A DNA stretch of 64,000 bases from the NCBI GenBank assembly GCA_013239625.1, contig MU056000.1, forward strand, positions 9,745,175 to 9,809,174, given 5' to 3'. Source of the stretch: Lama guanicoe (taxonomy: Eukaryota). The notes under the pieces were generated by a model, which was not told where the DNA came from, ran no database searches, and saw only the letters and a program-made list of their open reading frames with translations. The translations under genes were made by a program, and so were the position numbers. Below, piece by piece: positions 13,458-25,847 of the stretch. How positions within the stretch are numbered: the stretch's first letter is position 1; the number at the start of each line of letters is the position of its first letter.

Positions 13458-13557
13458 TACGAAAATTCTCTCTTTGTAAGTGAAAACCATGAAGTTAAAA
13501 ATAAAGGTACGAAAATTCTCCCTTTGTAACTGAAAACCATGAAGTTAAAAATAAAGG
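13458..13557. repeat. 50-bp tandem duplication, 2 copies, 2 mismatches
   Basis: tacgaaaattctcYctttgtaaStgaaaaccatgaagttaaaaataaagg twice. Confidence 0.95.
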
Positions 13558-15059
13558 TTGTGGTGACAAAATCGCATGAACACAAAGAGTATTAGCCTCT
13601 GTTTTAAAAGCCATAATAAGCATTATTCCAACCAGTTAATAACTGTTGGTTGAACAGGTAAGGGAAGGAAAGTAAAGCAGTGGGAAGAGGGAGGATTTTG
13701 ACATCAGGAAGATATGTCTGAATCCTAACTCCCAGGATTTATTAGCTACACAAGTCTATAAGCCTCAGTTTCTTCATCTGCAAAGTGGACATAAAAACAG
13801 CTCAGAGAGTGATTGTGAGGATATCACTAGACAAGCAGCTGAAACCAGTAACTGGATCATGATAGCTGCTCAGAATGCATCTCTTCATCCCCTCCCTTGA
13901 TTCGCTTCCAGCATGTATTTTCAGATGTATTATAATATTTATTTGGAAATGAGTAGTTTGAAAAATAAAATTATAAGTTGGCACAAAATAAATCATACTT
14001 TAGAATTTCACATATCATCATAAAAGCATAATGAAGTAGCTGAAAAGGGATTTTTAAAAAAGGAGAACCTTCTAATCTTGCACACGCTTTCACGTCTGCT
14101 GGAAACAAGACCATGGGCTGTCAAATCCCAAAACTGCACCAAGTCTTACTGAGCCTTCCAACATAATCATCTTTCTTCCCTCCATTTGTTCCAAGTACAC
14201 AGCAATTGCCCTATGTAGTCTTTAATTACTTCTTTAATCATGACTGGTCTCCCCGCAGACCCTTTGCTCTGCCATCACCCCCTTTTCTGCTCCCAGTCAC
14301 TGAGGGATCTCCCTTAACTATTTGGAAAGGTCCAAAATTTTCAACATAGTTTGTAAAACCTGTTACAACCTGTATTTCCAATCTCATCTCTCACTGAGAG
14401 CTATGGGACTGAGACTAAAATCGTGCCTCCATGTTGCTTACGAAAACCATTATTAGTAAAATGAACAGTTATCAGTAATGCATACAATAAGGTGCAAATT
14501 ATTCCATTTCTGATTTTAAAGATAATAAGTAAAGCTTGGATATTATTGAGATGATTGTGGTCAATTTAATATCATTGTTAACAACACTAATTAAATAAAA
14601 CTGTCAATAAATGTAACGCATATATTCCCAAAGGATTAAAATAAGGCTAAGAAGTAAATTTCCCCCATAGTTTGAAACTGATGAAATAATATACTCTAAA
14701 GTAAATACTACAATTTAAGATAGTATTTTGGATTATGAAAACAAACTATTTAATAGTACACCAGCAGCCAAAACCTAGAAGAGGACAACAGAGGGCAAAG
14801 AAAGTGATCTCTGAGAGAAAACAGAAAAATTGCTACTTGCTTTTTATTTGAGATTTCAAAATGGAAAACCTAGTTTGGAGTAAAGTTTTCGGCATATTTT
14901 CATTTGTACAACTGATTTCAACACATTTCTGTTGGATTACAACTTTAGCTCCATAATATATAGGAGCATTATTTTCTAAATTAATATTAAGAAATTGAGA
15001 CAAAAATTAATCAAAATAACTTTGTCTATAAGCATTTTGCCCACAAAAGAGAGTACCTC

Positions 15060-15060
<1 letters not shown>

Positions 15061-15102
<42 letters not shown>
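15061..15102. repeat. (AC)21 microsatellite
   Basis: Direct reading. Confidence 0.98.
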
Positions 15103-15106
<4 letters not shown>

Positions 15107-18100
15107 CAGTTAACACTTGTGCTATGGATTGTATATACTAAGGCTACAACATAAAAATTTTACAGAAACTGTGATAATGTGCAAAGTATCGCCGAATTGA
15201 GTAAGAAAATGCAGCAGTGATTCCATAAAATTTCATGAAATGTACTACTAATTAATTAAATGATCAAAATCAAGCGGCTCATGAAGGTACAAACAAAAAC
15301 TAAAATTCTTTGTGCACATAAACCTCATCATTTTTAAAGCAGATGACTGACAGCCTTCCAGAGCTCTCATTTTAAAATTATCAGCCAGGCTTTCATTCCT
15401 GAAGATTCTTTCTCTTCTTTACCTTAATTAAAATAGAAAGATTAAACAACAAAACTCAGAAACAGATTTTTTTTTCCTCCACCGCCAGTGAGCCGGTGAT
15501 AACAATGTCTGTTTGGTGTCTTACTAAATTACTTCCCATGTCAGTTCCACCGAGTTCAGGTCCTTCCAGCTCCAAAGGAAATAAATCACACACCTGTTCA
15601 CTCATCCAAAATTCTGAACAATGATGAGACTTGAGGCCTTGTACTCTGTGACCAGTAGCTATTAGTCAATATTAGTATTTTTCCCCTAATAGTACCTAGC
15701 TCTCTTTGAGTTTCTGTCTTGTTCTCTAGGATCAAAGTGAGAGTGACCCTGAGAGACTGGGTTTCTTTAAAGGAAAGTTTCTGAAGGGCCACTGGTTTGC
15801 TGCCTGTTTAAAACAGTCTCACCACACACCCTTCGGGTGACAACAGCAGGCTGTCTAAATCTACTCCCAGGTACATCAAGTCAACAACTGAATATGACCT
15901 TGATGTGAATTTGAACAGCCCAGGCATTTAAAATGACTGCCTTGAAGCACACAGAAAAGTATAAAGCCAGCTGAAGATCTGCCGTCCTTGCATTCGTATG
16001 CTTGGAGGTTTCCATTTGTTTCCGAAGCAAACAAATCGGAGGGTCCAGCAGGCTGTACAGCTGAGCGCTCATGAGACCAGATCCTGCGTGACAAGAAGGC
16101 TCCCCACTGCCTGGGTTCCCAGGACACTGGGCGGCTGGTGAATTTATGAACTCCAGAGGAGAGCAGCCTTTCCCTTGCATCCTAATTTACTGTTCTAAGC
16201 CGCCTTTCACCAGAAGAATCGACAGACCGGTGAAGGCGTAACTCATCCTGACAGGATGTTCACCACTTACTTCAGCCCCACTTTTAGGGAATTTCTTAGA
16301 TGCTTTCCAATATCAGCCTCCCACCTGTGGGATCTTCCTAGCTTCCAATAGACCCGATTTCACCCAATGACATTTTATGTTGATAGTTTATATTTACAGT
16401 CACCTAAGAAGTAATCATGGTCAGAGAGACTGCATTGTCACCGGTCAAGGAAACAATTTGGACTTCAAAAAATTTTTTTGTTTCCATATCTGGGTCCAGA
16501 GGCAAAGACATAGGCTCTTTCCAGCCAAGTCACCAGATGATCAGAAATGCCCTGAAAGCACCAGAGATCAACTCAGACCCACTTGTCACCACCCAGGCTG
16601 AAAAGATTCCTCACTGTGGGCCGATTCGGGAGTATGGTGGGCAGAACAGAGGCTCCAAAAAAGAAAAGCTGCTGGCAGGAAGAATACTACGTAAAACCGT
16701 CAAAATGATGTCCAGCAGCTCACCTTTTGCGTGAGTCTTTGATTCGGAGAAAAGAAAACACAGGTTACATGTTGTATTATAACACGATTCCAGGCAGGAT
16801 GACCCTCTGTTACTCTAAGAGAGTATCACGTCACTCTGCCCACACTTTGCTAAGAATTATTTACCGTGAGTCTGGAATGAAGTCTGAAAATGAAACGATG
16901 GTAATTTTAAAATTTCTCAAGGCACTCAAGTTTGCCAGGATATTAAAAAAAAAAAGGTCTGGCCTGGGATCCACACTGGCTCTTCAAGGCTGTTCAAAAT
17001 CTTTTCAAAGGAGCTCAGAGAGCTCCTCAGTTCATCTTTAACCTCTGCTGCAACAGTTATGGCTCAGTCCCAGACCTGTTGTTTTGTTTTGTGGCAACTA
17101 AAACTCTGGGAGGCCAAATTATTTTTCCCAAAGAGACTGTATTCATCTCAGCTGAACAGAAAGAAAACCAAGGGCAAGGATATTATTCAAACTGCCATCA
17201 AAGCCCCTTATCTCCCTGAAGCCACCACCACAGGGAAAGCAGAGCCTGAGAGATGAGGCATGGACGCTGCCCCGAAGATTCTGAGGGATTCCCCATCTTA
17301 CCATGACTTGCTGTTGATCAAGAATCCCAGTCCTTCCTGAAGAAAGAGTGTGGCAGGGCTAAACTTCCTCAACCACCTCGACTGACCCTCCAAAAACAAA
17401 CCAGCACATATCTGGAAGGCTGGGACTACTTCGATAGCCAGTCTGTGGTGGGAACTCCAGCATCCGTCCCTGCCACACTGAGGTCACCAACCATGTGAAT
17501 TTATGAAGCCAGATTAAATGCTCTTAGTCAACTTCCAAGTGTATAACTCTGTGTTTATGTACAATAAATTTAAAAATAAAAAGAGATGATTCAAAAAAGG
17601 AAGAGGGGAAGGAGAGAGAGAGAAAGAAACATAAGGAAAAGCTCAGAAGAGCAAGCACGGTACGACCTACAGAAAAGGTAACAACACCGGGAGGGACAGA
17701 GTCCAAAGATTTGGGCCAGTAGTTTTAACCTAAATAAATCTCTACGTCAGCGTAGAAGGGGGGCGTAAAGTAAAGTAACCTCCTCATTGCTATTGAACCC
17801 AGGAGAAAAATCAATAGCCACTCAGAGTTCATACAGTATCCCCAAAGCAGTTCTGTTAAAATCCTCTAGGTTTTTTTCCTTAAGACTCAAATGTTCCCTA
17901 GAGAGATGCTGACTTAGAACAAGGAAGCTTATAAATTATTGGACATTTTTCAGGGAGAGAAAACAGACATGGAGTTATGCTTAGAGCATAATTAAGCCAG
18001 TAGCTTCCACAAGTGCAGAGTGAAATCTGGCTTCACAAGCTTCCTGCACAGAGCTCTCTCTGAGATAGCAAATCAGAATTGGCAATGCTGTGTCACCGGA

Positions 18101-18531
18101 GTACAATGTTTTAAGTTGTCGATTTATATTCCAAAAGCATAGTAATGAATCAAATGAAAGAAAAACCTAATGTGTACTAGAAAGCTAAAAGTCAACAGAC
18201 GACTAGAACTGATAATAGAATAAACTTCAGGAAAATAAAGTGATACAAAACCAGAACAATGAGGCTGAAAATGAGACTTATATTCTCACAGTTACATCAT
18301 TCCTCTATATAAAACCAATTAATGATTTATGTGATTTATGAGATGCAGATGAAACCTACTGGGTAGATAATTGGTTAGTGGTTATCCAAGGCACTTGGAA
18401 ATATATAATGGAAAAAATACAGGAATTAAAGGGGAGAACTCAATCCTGTTACAACCGTTACTATATATTATTTTCATCAGTGAAAGAATCACAACACGAT
18501 GCAGAAAAGGGGGCGGCCATACTTCACTCAC

Positions 18532-18714
18532 CTGCTTCTCCATGAGAATGACTCTCCCCAGTAACTGGTCTTCCAGACCTTTCATGGTCACAGTGAAGTC
18601 GATGATGGACGTTCGTGCACTTATTTCAGGGGTGTAGGCTGGATTAGGCAACTTGGTGGTAATGTAGAGTCTGAAGCCATCCATCACATCTACCTCCTTG
18701 TCACTGATTTTCAC
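18532..18714 (-). CDS. DNAH5: DNAH5 coding exon (~exon 65), 183 nt, AAA5
   Basis: [61 protein letters not shown]; aag/gtgag. Confidence 0.96.
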
Positions 18715-18955
18715 CTTTTTTATGAAAAAGAAAGTTAAAAGTAATAAAACAGAGATATATCGCACCAAGTCCTTTCTGTATAGGATCCAGTATTCCTTTA
18801 AATGGCTATGTACCTGGAGATCATTTGTATACTAAAGAAGAAATGGTCATTAGGCATTCACAGGGCTTCAAGCCACGACGACAGAAGGAAGGGAGGAAGC
18901 TCAATATACACCATACAATCAAGATAGAACTTACCACCAAAATTGCAATGATCAT

Positions 18956-19355
18956 ATTGCAGAGTGAGATGGATAACCCACCCATAACTTGGTTCAGAAG
19001 TCAAGACTGATGATGTCACACACACATCAAGAGAGAACGAAAAGTTTTATTACTCACAGGAGCTTTTCTGGGGATATTAGGTCCTAAGCAGCTCTGAAAA
19101 ATTACTTGAGAGAGTACGGAAGGGCAGCTATTTTAGGTTTTTAACGGTGGTTAGTGGATGGGGCTGGGATGAGGATTCCCACACATGGACGTGAACAGGG
19201 GCTTGCATGGTTTGAATTTCCCACAAGTATCAAAGGAGAAAGGATCCAGGTTTTCTTATCATCTTGCCCAGACTGGGGATGGAGGGGAGAGGGGCATGAT
19301 GGGGCTTGAAGACTGCCCGTGGTCAAACATCAAAATGGAGTCAGACTTTATTACA
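18956..19355 (-). mobile_element. Old solo LTR, ERVL MER54/MER74-like
   Basis: Minus strand begins tgtaataaagtctgactccattttgatgtttgac, as I recall for this LTR group; AATAAA near 19046; left boundary approximate. Confidence 0.6.
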
Positions 19356-19416
19356 CAAGTGAAGTAGACATTTCTAAAAGGACAACTGTTGAAGACTTTA
19401 ATCCCAACGCAGGAGG

Positions 19417-19556
19417 TGTGGAAGAGAAAAGCAAATGCCTCTTGCCACTGACTCAGATTTGAGTTGCTGCCTGTTGAGAAGCCGTCTGTGGAAGAGAAAA
19501 GCAAATGCCTCTTGCCACTGACTCAGATTTGAGTTGCTGCCTGTTGAGAAGCCGTC
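19417..19556. repeat. Perfect 70-bp tandem duplication
   Basis: 19417-19486 is identical to 19487-19556. Confidence 0.97.
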
Positions 19557-19624
19557 ATCTGTGCCACATTTAGCTGGTCCCAGGGTAATCGCTCTGCACG
19601 TTGTTCTCTACTGGCTTAACCTAC

Positions 19625-19780
19625 CTTAAAGGTGGACCCGGTCTTAATGAAGTTTCTCTCCAAAACATTATCCAGGGCTGGATCTAGTTCCTCCCCAACA
19701 TCTTCAATAAGCAAGGGCCTTCCAAGAGAAAGACTGTCCTCCAGGTGGTTTCTGAAGTACTTGTGATTTAGAGATGTGAC
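19625..19780 (-). CDS. DNAH5: DNAH5 coding exon (~exon 64), 156 nt, AAA5
   Basis: [52 protein letters not shown]; tag/gtagg. Confidence 0.96.
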
Positions 19781-20365
19781 CTAGAAATAGGACCAAAGAG
19801 GTGCTCTTGACAGACAGGATCACAAGATAACTGACAGAAAATGGTGCCTTAGCATTCTACACCTGGAGACAAATACTGAGATTTTCAGAGACCCTTACTT
19901 GGAACCATACCTGGTGAAATGGTACAGAAAGCGTAAACTGTTTGCATTCTCCCCCTTGGCGAACCATCACTCCCTCTTACAGGGAAGCACATAAAGGCTC
20001 TAGGTGGCAACACTTCTTTTCCTCACCACCACCACGCTTGTGACAAATAATCATGGAATAATGAATGGTGAATTGTCCTTATAAAGTGCTGCTCACTTGG
20101 TGTGATACAATCCTGCCCTGCTCTGTTTATCAAGGAGATCCTCAGGTCCTAATGGGTGTCTGAAACCTTTAAAAGATGGCATTAGGAAAGACCAACACAA
20201 GTGCAAATGACACAATTTTTTTAGAAATTGTTTCCAAACATTAATATCTAGATAGTAACATTTAAGATTCTTTCTAAATATCAAATATTTCTTTATCCTC
20301 AGATACTCATTGATCTGGGGCACTAAAATGGATTAGTAACATAAATATACTCCAACACAGATTAC

Positions 20366-20682
20366 CTGGAGTTCATTTCGGCTTTCTTTATTTTTAATCC
20401 AGATCTTGCCTTGAGTCTGCGGATCGATTAACAAAGGATAGCGAGATGCCTTTGTGACAATAATTCCATTCTGAATGGACAGGTCATCGTTTGGCAGGCC
20501 TTGGAGGTTCCATTCGCTAATTGTAGGAGCATCAATCAACATCTCGTTGAGATTTAGATTATCTCCAAATGGAATTTCTCGGGCTTTCATTTCCTTCTGC
20601 CAGTCGGTTAACAGCAGATTGCGAAATTCTTGGTTAAATGGACCAGAATAAGATAGAAAAGCTGTAGCCAACAACACATCCC
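20366..20682 (-). CDS. DNAH5: DNAH5 coding exon (~exon 63), 317 nt, start of AAA5
   Basis: (G)[20 protein letters not shown]...[50 protein letters not shown]; tag/gtaat. Confidence 0.97.
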
Positions 20683-21169
20683 CTAAGAAGGAAAACACCA
20701 CTGAAATACTTTGTGCTCAGCCTTGTCATTGTGCAGAGTATTAAAAATGAAAAAAAAAGACAACTATTCTTTCAAACTAAATTTCAGAAACCAAATTGTA
20801 ACCACACGTGGCTGTGTCGCAAATAAGCCGTAGTTCAGTTCACTGTTAAACAGACTGCAAACCGTCCACCGAGTAATAGCTGCTAGCACGGAAGCACTGG
20901 ATTATTGTGACTCTTGTGGGATGTGAGGGGTGACTTCCAAGTTTAAGGATGCAAAGCCTCAGAAGACAGAGCCTCCATTCAAAGCGACCTTAATCAACAT
21001 GACCATTCACTCCTAGGAGAATTCAAAGGTGACCTGATAAGAGCTTTCAAGGTCATTAACACATCTAACAAGAGTTCCGAGATGCCAGACCAACACTCGC
21101 CCTGCTGATATAGCTGGACACACACACACAGCGGAATCTGAAATAATCGAGTCTTGGTTTGATTGCTAA

Positions 21170-21667
21170 TGTCGACTGAAACAAACGCACAACCTAAAAG
21201 TTGAGAATTATGTTTTATTCGGCAGACGTTTCTGAGGATTCGAACCCCTTCAAGCCCGGCATGACAGCCTCCCAGGTCGCTCTGAGGGACGGCTCCGCAG
21301 AGGTAGGGGAGGAGCTAGGATATACAGGAGCTTTACCACAAAGACCAGGTAGTCAGAACATGAAAAGATTACTTGTTAACTGAAGAAAACCAGGCATCTC
21401 AAGTTACAGAATTTAGTGCCTTTCTGTGTATGGGAGGGAGCAAACATTTGGGCTCATTGAATTCATTCCTTTGACAAGCACCTAGCCATCTAGGGCCAGT
21501 GTCCTGAACTTTCTTATTCTGAGTCCCCTCAGGGTGCACCATTGTGAGCGGCTGCAGGGGCCGGGCTGCAGGCTTGTCTTCACTAGGGGCTGGCGGCAGC
21601 CGCTGATGACTTAATGGCTTCAGCATCCTTTGTTTACTGATATAGTTGGCAGTGTTTTTCGTTCACA
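21170..21667 (-). mobile_element. ERV1 LTR, artiodactyl MER41-like (3' LTR)
   Basis: TG...CA termini (minus: tgtgaac...gtcgaca); atatcagtaaacaaaggatg motif near the 5' end; AATAAA at 21214-21219; polypurine tract just upstream. Confidence 0.75.
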
Positions 21668-22190
21668 GTGCTCCCCCTTGGTCCTAAATTCGACCATATT
21701 TTGGGAGACATTTCACGACCAATTTTACCCCACGGTGCTGGGAAGGCTCATTCCTAGATCAGGCAGAAGATTCTGCTGACATGCCACTCAAAAGTGTTAA
21801 CAGGGATCAGGCCCTGTTGATACTCAAAAATTCTCTGGATCATCTGTCTTACTCATCTATCATGATCCAGGAAAACAGTCCCCCTTGTTGCTTCTTCCCA
21901 TATCTAGAGTCGCACTACCACAATCATTGGTCTCATACAGAAGTATATACCTGATCTACTGCTTCAACTTGCCTCGTCATTATTTTATCAGAGGCTCAGT
22001 CACGCATTTGATAATGCAAGAAACAACGATTTTGTAAAACAGGCAAAATACAAATAATGCAGTTAGCAGTGTTAGTAAGGTCATAAGTAAGAATTTAAGC
22101 CAAAAACTTCCACTAGGTGCAGCTCAGCGTATCCCCAGGTCATCTGACTTAGTCTGTTCTGTACCAATCCTTATCTTTAAGGAAGATGTT
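21668..22190 (-). mobile_element. ERV internal remnant (env transmembrane tail, 3' UTR, PPT)
   Basis: PPT aagggggag abutting the LTR; 21980-22117 translates as a hydrophobic Env-TM-like segment; right boundary approximate. Confidence 0.65.
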
Positions 22191-22523
22191 ACACAGACAT
22201 TGTTCATAAGACACACAGCCAAATCCTAGTGTTATTAGGTTGGTTATCTTTATTTTAGTATAGTTCAATTTTTTTTCCAACACTGGAGAGCCTTTAAACG
22301 TAAATGTCCATATAAGTCCTTTCTATAATTGAGGGAGGTTATATTCTTTGGCTGAAATTTTGCTTGTTGCCTTGATAGAGCTTGAGTGATTCTTATAAGA
22401 AAATTCGTATTTACAGCCAGGCTCAGAGCAGGTATTATTAATTGGCCAGGTGATTAAAGCTTATGTTTGCTCACTCCCTCTCACAGTCAACACAAGATCT
22501 CATTCATAAAGGAATCTACATAC

Positions 22524-22659
22524 CTACAAGTCTTTTGGTTTGTGCAGCAAACTCTTTACTTTGTTCTGTCCACCTTTCTTTTTCTCCTGCCAACCCCCCA
22601 ATCAGTGCGGAAGCCGCCTGCATCTTATGTCTGCACCTCTCTGCATCTTCAAGCAAGGT
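22524..22659 (-). CDS. DNAH5: DNAH5 coding exon (~exon 62), 136 nt
   Basis: [45 protein letters not shown]; dynein GL-x-GE-x-x-RW motif; tag/gtatg. Confidence 0.95.
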
Positions 22660-24633
22660 CTAAAAACAGCCAGAAGCAGAAGAAAACTTTGTTCAGATAA
22701 ATACAGCGTCAGGCTAAAAAACCGTAATTTTAAAACATTAGATGTTATCTGCCTTTCTGAGACATGGGAGCCATTTATTCCACAGGAAGCATCCGATTCC
22801 ATTTCCGTGTGTCAGCTCAGCTTGTCTCTTACGCCCTGTCTATGGAACATGGGTGGATTCCTCACGAGGGGCCCTCTGCCCTTGGGCAGACCCTCCCCAG
22901 GTGTTAATAAACTGAGAGGTAATGGAAATTTGCATCATTTATGATTTCCCTACCAAGAAATATTAGAAATAAAATACAAGCATACATGCTGATATCACAT
23001 AGCACGACAGGATGAAAAGGAATCCACATTCCGACTTTAAAATGAGGCATATTTCTCCTGTTAAAGCTCTAGCATCTTTATTGCTTTGTCTAACGCCACA
23101 TCTCCTTTCACTTCAGGTGAAACTTCAGATTTTCTTCAGGTTGTGAATCCTGACGTTCATTCACAAATTCCAGCCACGCTGACTAAGCAGGTCCTCCTTG
23201 CTGTTCCCCGTGTCAGTAAAAGGCCTTTAACCTGACCTCCACACACTATTGACCTTGGAGTTTTGTTCTTAAAAACAAATGGTTCTATTTCTCTATGTTT
23301 AAAAGACAGCTGCTAAGTCTACTTGTAAAAATGCATACTTATGAAATTATAATGGATATGGATAAAGTGACTCTGGGACCAGCCACTGGAAATTCATGTA
23401 TAATATTTATATATATTCATGTAATATTTTTCATATGTAGCATGTATATGATAAATCTCTAACAACAGAGGATTATTTACATAGATTATGGTATACTGTG
23501 AACGAGAATACTCTGAAGCCATTAAAAATATCTTATAGAAATGTTTATAATGAAGAAAAAAATCCTTAAATTAAAAATTCAATTTATAAAGCAGTATGCA
23601 CTGAGTTATCTGTTAGAGTTTTACATGGACTTTTAATATATGTAAAGCAGGCAGGTGTGCAGATATGAAATGAAAAAGAGCAAAATATTTTTAGTCTTCA
23701 TCTCCAGGGTCACTCGTGTATTTTCCATAAGGGGCATGAACTGCGTTTGTAACAATAACACAAGACAGTGTTTTTCAGAAGCAAGATACTTGCTGCAGTT
23801 TGTTCTAGTCTATCTACTCTGTTCTCCGTCCCACCAGACTTAATGCAGAAAACCCAAAAGCCCAGCTGAAAAGTGCACGCGCACACCTACACCAGCCATG
23901 TTTGCTTGCTTGCTTGCTTCTCCCCAAGAAGAAAGAGGCCAGTTGGGAACTACGAGACCACGTTGCTTATTTCTGCCTACCTTTAAAACAAAGTTTTCAT
24001 CGGAAAGATACTTTTAATATTAAGTTATTTCCCTTAAGTTCTGCATCCCCACTCCCATGTGGCCAAATGAAAAAATGGCCAACTCCTCCCCTCCTGGCTT
24101 TTGCATTTTGGAATCTCCCTTTGGGGGACTGGGAAATGGGATGGAAAGGGGCAAAGGTCTGAAAGCACAGGAGAGACATGCAGACTTTTCCTCTGAGCCT
24201 GGCTAGAGGAGTGTGCAGAAATCCTTGGTTTCTGTGAATGGGCCTCCAGCCCTCTCTCTCCTAGGATCCCAGAGGGTGACTAGCTGTCCAGAGTCCCTAG
24301 GGAAGTGGGCCCCCACCCAAAGGCACTGCCCTGTGCACAGAGCAGCAAGACACACACTCCTCTGAGAACTGCACAAGCCTGGGTGGTGAGGGGACCAGTG
24401 ATGACTGTGCACTGTAGACTCGAGACCCTTCCCCTGACACCCTGTATTTCATAAGTTGCTGGACTCTCCTGGAGCCCCATGGAGGGGGAAGAAGCAACCA
24501 AAGGACGAAAGGTCAAGTTCACTCCAACACATTGGGGACAGGAGGGTACACAGCCAGATTTTGTTTTCTTAATGAAAAATACGTGACATTTGTTGGGCGT
24601 GGGACAGTCCCTCTGGTGCCGGAGGACAGCCAC

Positions 24634-24771
24634 CTGCTTTTCGGTCATGGCCTGCTCATACTCGGCCTGCACCACATCCAGCTCTGCTTGCTTGTCGTCC
24701 AGCTCGGCCTGGGCCTTCTGCAGATCCTGCATGGCCAGCAAGTAGCGATTCTCCTGCACCACCAGGTTGGC
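24634..24771 (-). CDS. DNAH5: DNAH5 coding exon (~exon 61), 138 nt, stalk coiled coil 2
   Basis: [46 protein letters not shown]; cag/gtggc. Confidence 0.95.
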
Positions 24772-24920
24772 CTGCACGGGACACACACAAGGTGAAGGGA
24801 TGGGCAACAGACCAAACATCAGCAGGTTAGAATCTGAGAACTCAGCAAAGTCACGTGTTATACCTTTCCTCTGTTCCACCCCTGGAGTCTTCTCCAATTG
24901 CATTAAGTCAAGACCAAATC

Positions 24921-25613
24921 TTTTTTTTTTTTAATTGAAGTACAGTCAGTTTACAATGTTGTGTCAATTTCTGGTGCACAGCATAGTGTTTCAATTATAC
25001 ATATACATCATTTTCATAATCTTTTTTATTATAGGTTACTACAAGATATTGAATATACTCCCTGTGCTACACAGTAGAAACGTGTTGTTTATCTATTTCA
25101 TATAGAGTAGTTAGTATCTGCAAATCTCGAATTTCCAATTTATCCCTCCCGACCTGCTTCCCTTCCTAGTAATCATGTTTGTTTTCTATGTCTGTGAGTC
25201 TGTTTCTGTTTTGTAAATAAGTTCATTTGGTTTTTTTTTTTTAGAGTCCACATATAAGTGATATTATATGGTTTTTTTTTTTCTCTTTCTGGCTTACTTC
25301 ACTTAGAAAAACAATCTCCAGATCTATCCATGTTGCTGCAAATGGCATTATTTTATTCTTTTTGTGGCTGAATAGTATTCCATTGTGTAAATGTACCACA
25401 GCTTCTTTATCCGGTCATCTGTCAGTGGACATTGAGGTTGTTTCCATGTCTTGGCTATTGTAAATAATGCCACTATGAACACTGGGGTACTGTATCTTTT
25501 CAAAAAATAGTTCCCTCCAGATATATGCCCAGGAGTGGGCCTGCTGGATCATATGGTAAGTCTATGTTTAGTTTTTTTGAGAAATCTCTATACTATTTTC
25601 CATAAGGCTGCAG
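24921..25613 (-). mobile_element. 5'-truncated L1 (ORF2 C-terminus and 3' UTR)
   Basis: Poly-T, then ttgaagtacagtcagtttacaatg tail and the conserved L1 gaatagtattccattgtg block; candidate TSD caaatctt (24915-24922 / 25614-25621). Confidence 0.88.
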
Positions 25614-25673
25614 CAAATCTTAATGGGAACTTGACATAAATATATGTGAGCAGAAAATTATAATTCATTAGAA

Positions 25674-25847
25674 TAGAAGTTAGCAAAATTTTTCCATAAA
25701 GTGTCAGATAGTAAATATATTAGTCTTTGGGGGCCAAGAGGTAAAATGAAGACTATTGCTTAGGTACTTATTTTAAAATTTCATGAGCTATACAAATACA
25801 GGTGGTGGCTTAGATTTGGCCTGTGGGCCAGAGTTTGCCAGTCTCTA
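25674..25847 (+). mobile_element. MER58-like hAT-Charlie DNA transposon relic
   Basis: cagatagtaaatatattag...gatttggcctgtgggccagagtttgcca pattern. Confidence 0.6.

Noticed and set aside
24280..24903. 207-aa ORF, the longest in the track
   Set aside because: Only 24634-24771 is dynein-like and splice-bounded; the flanks are intronic read-through.
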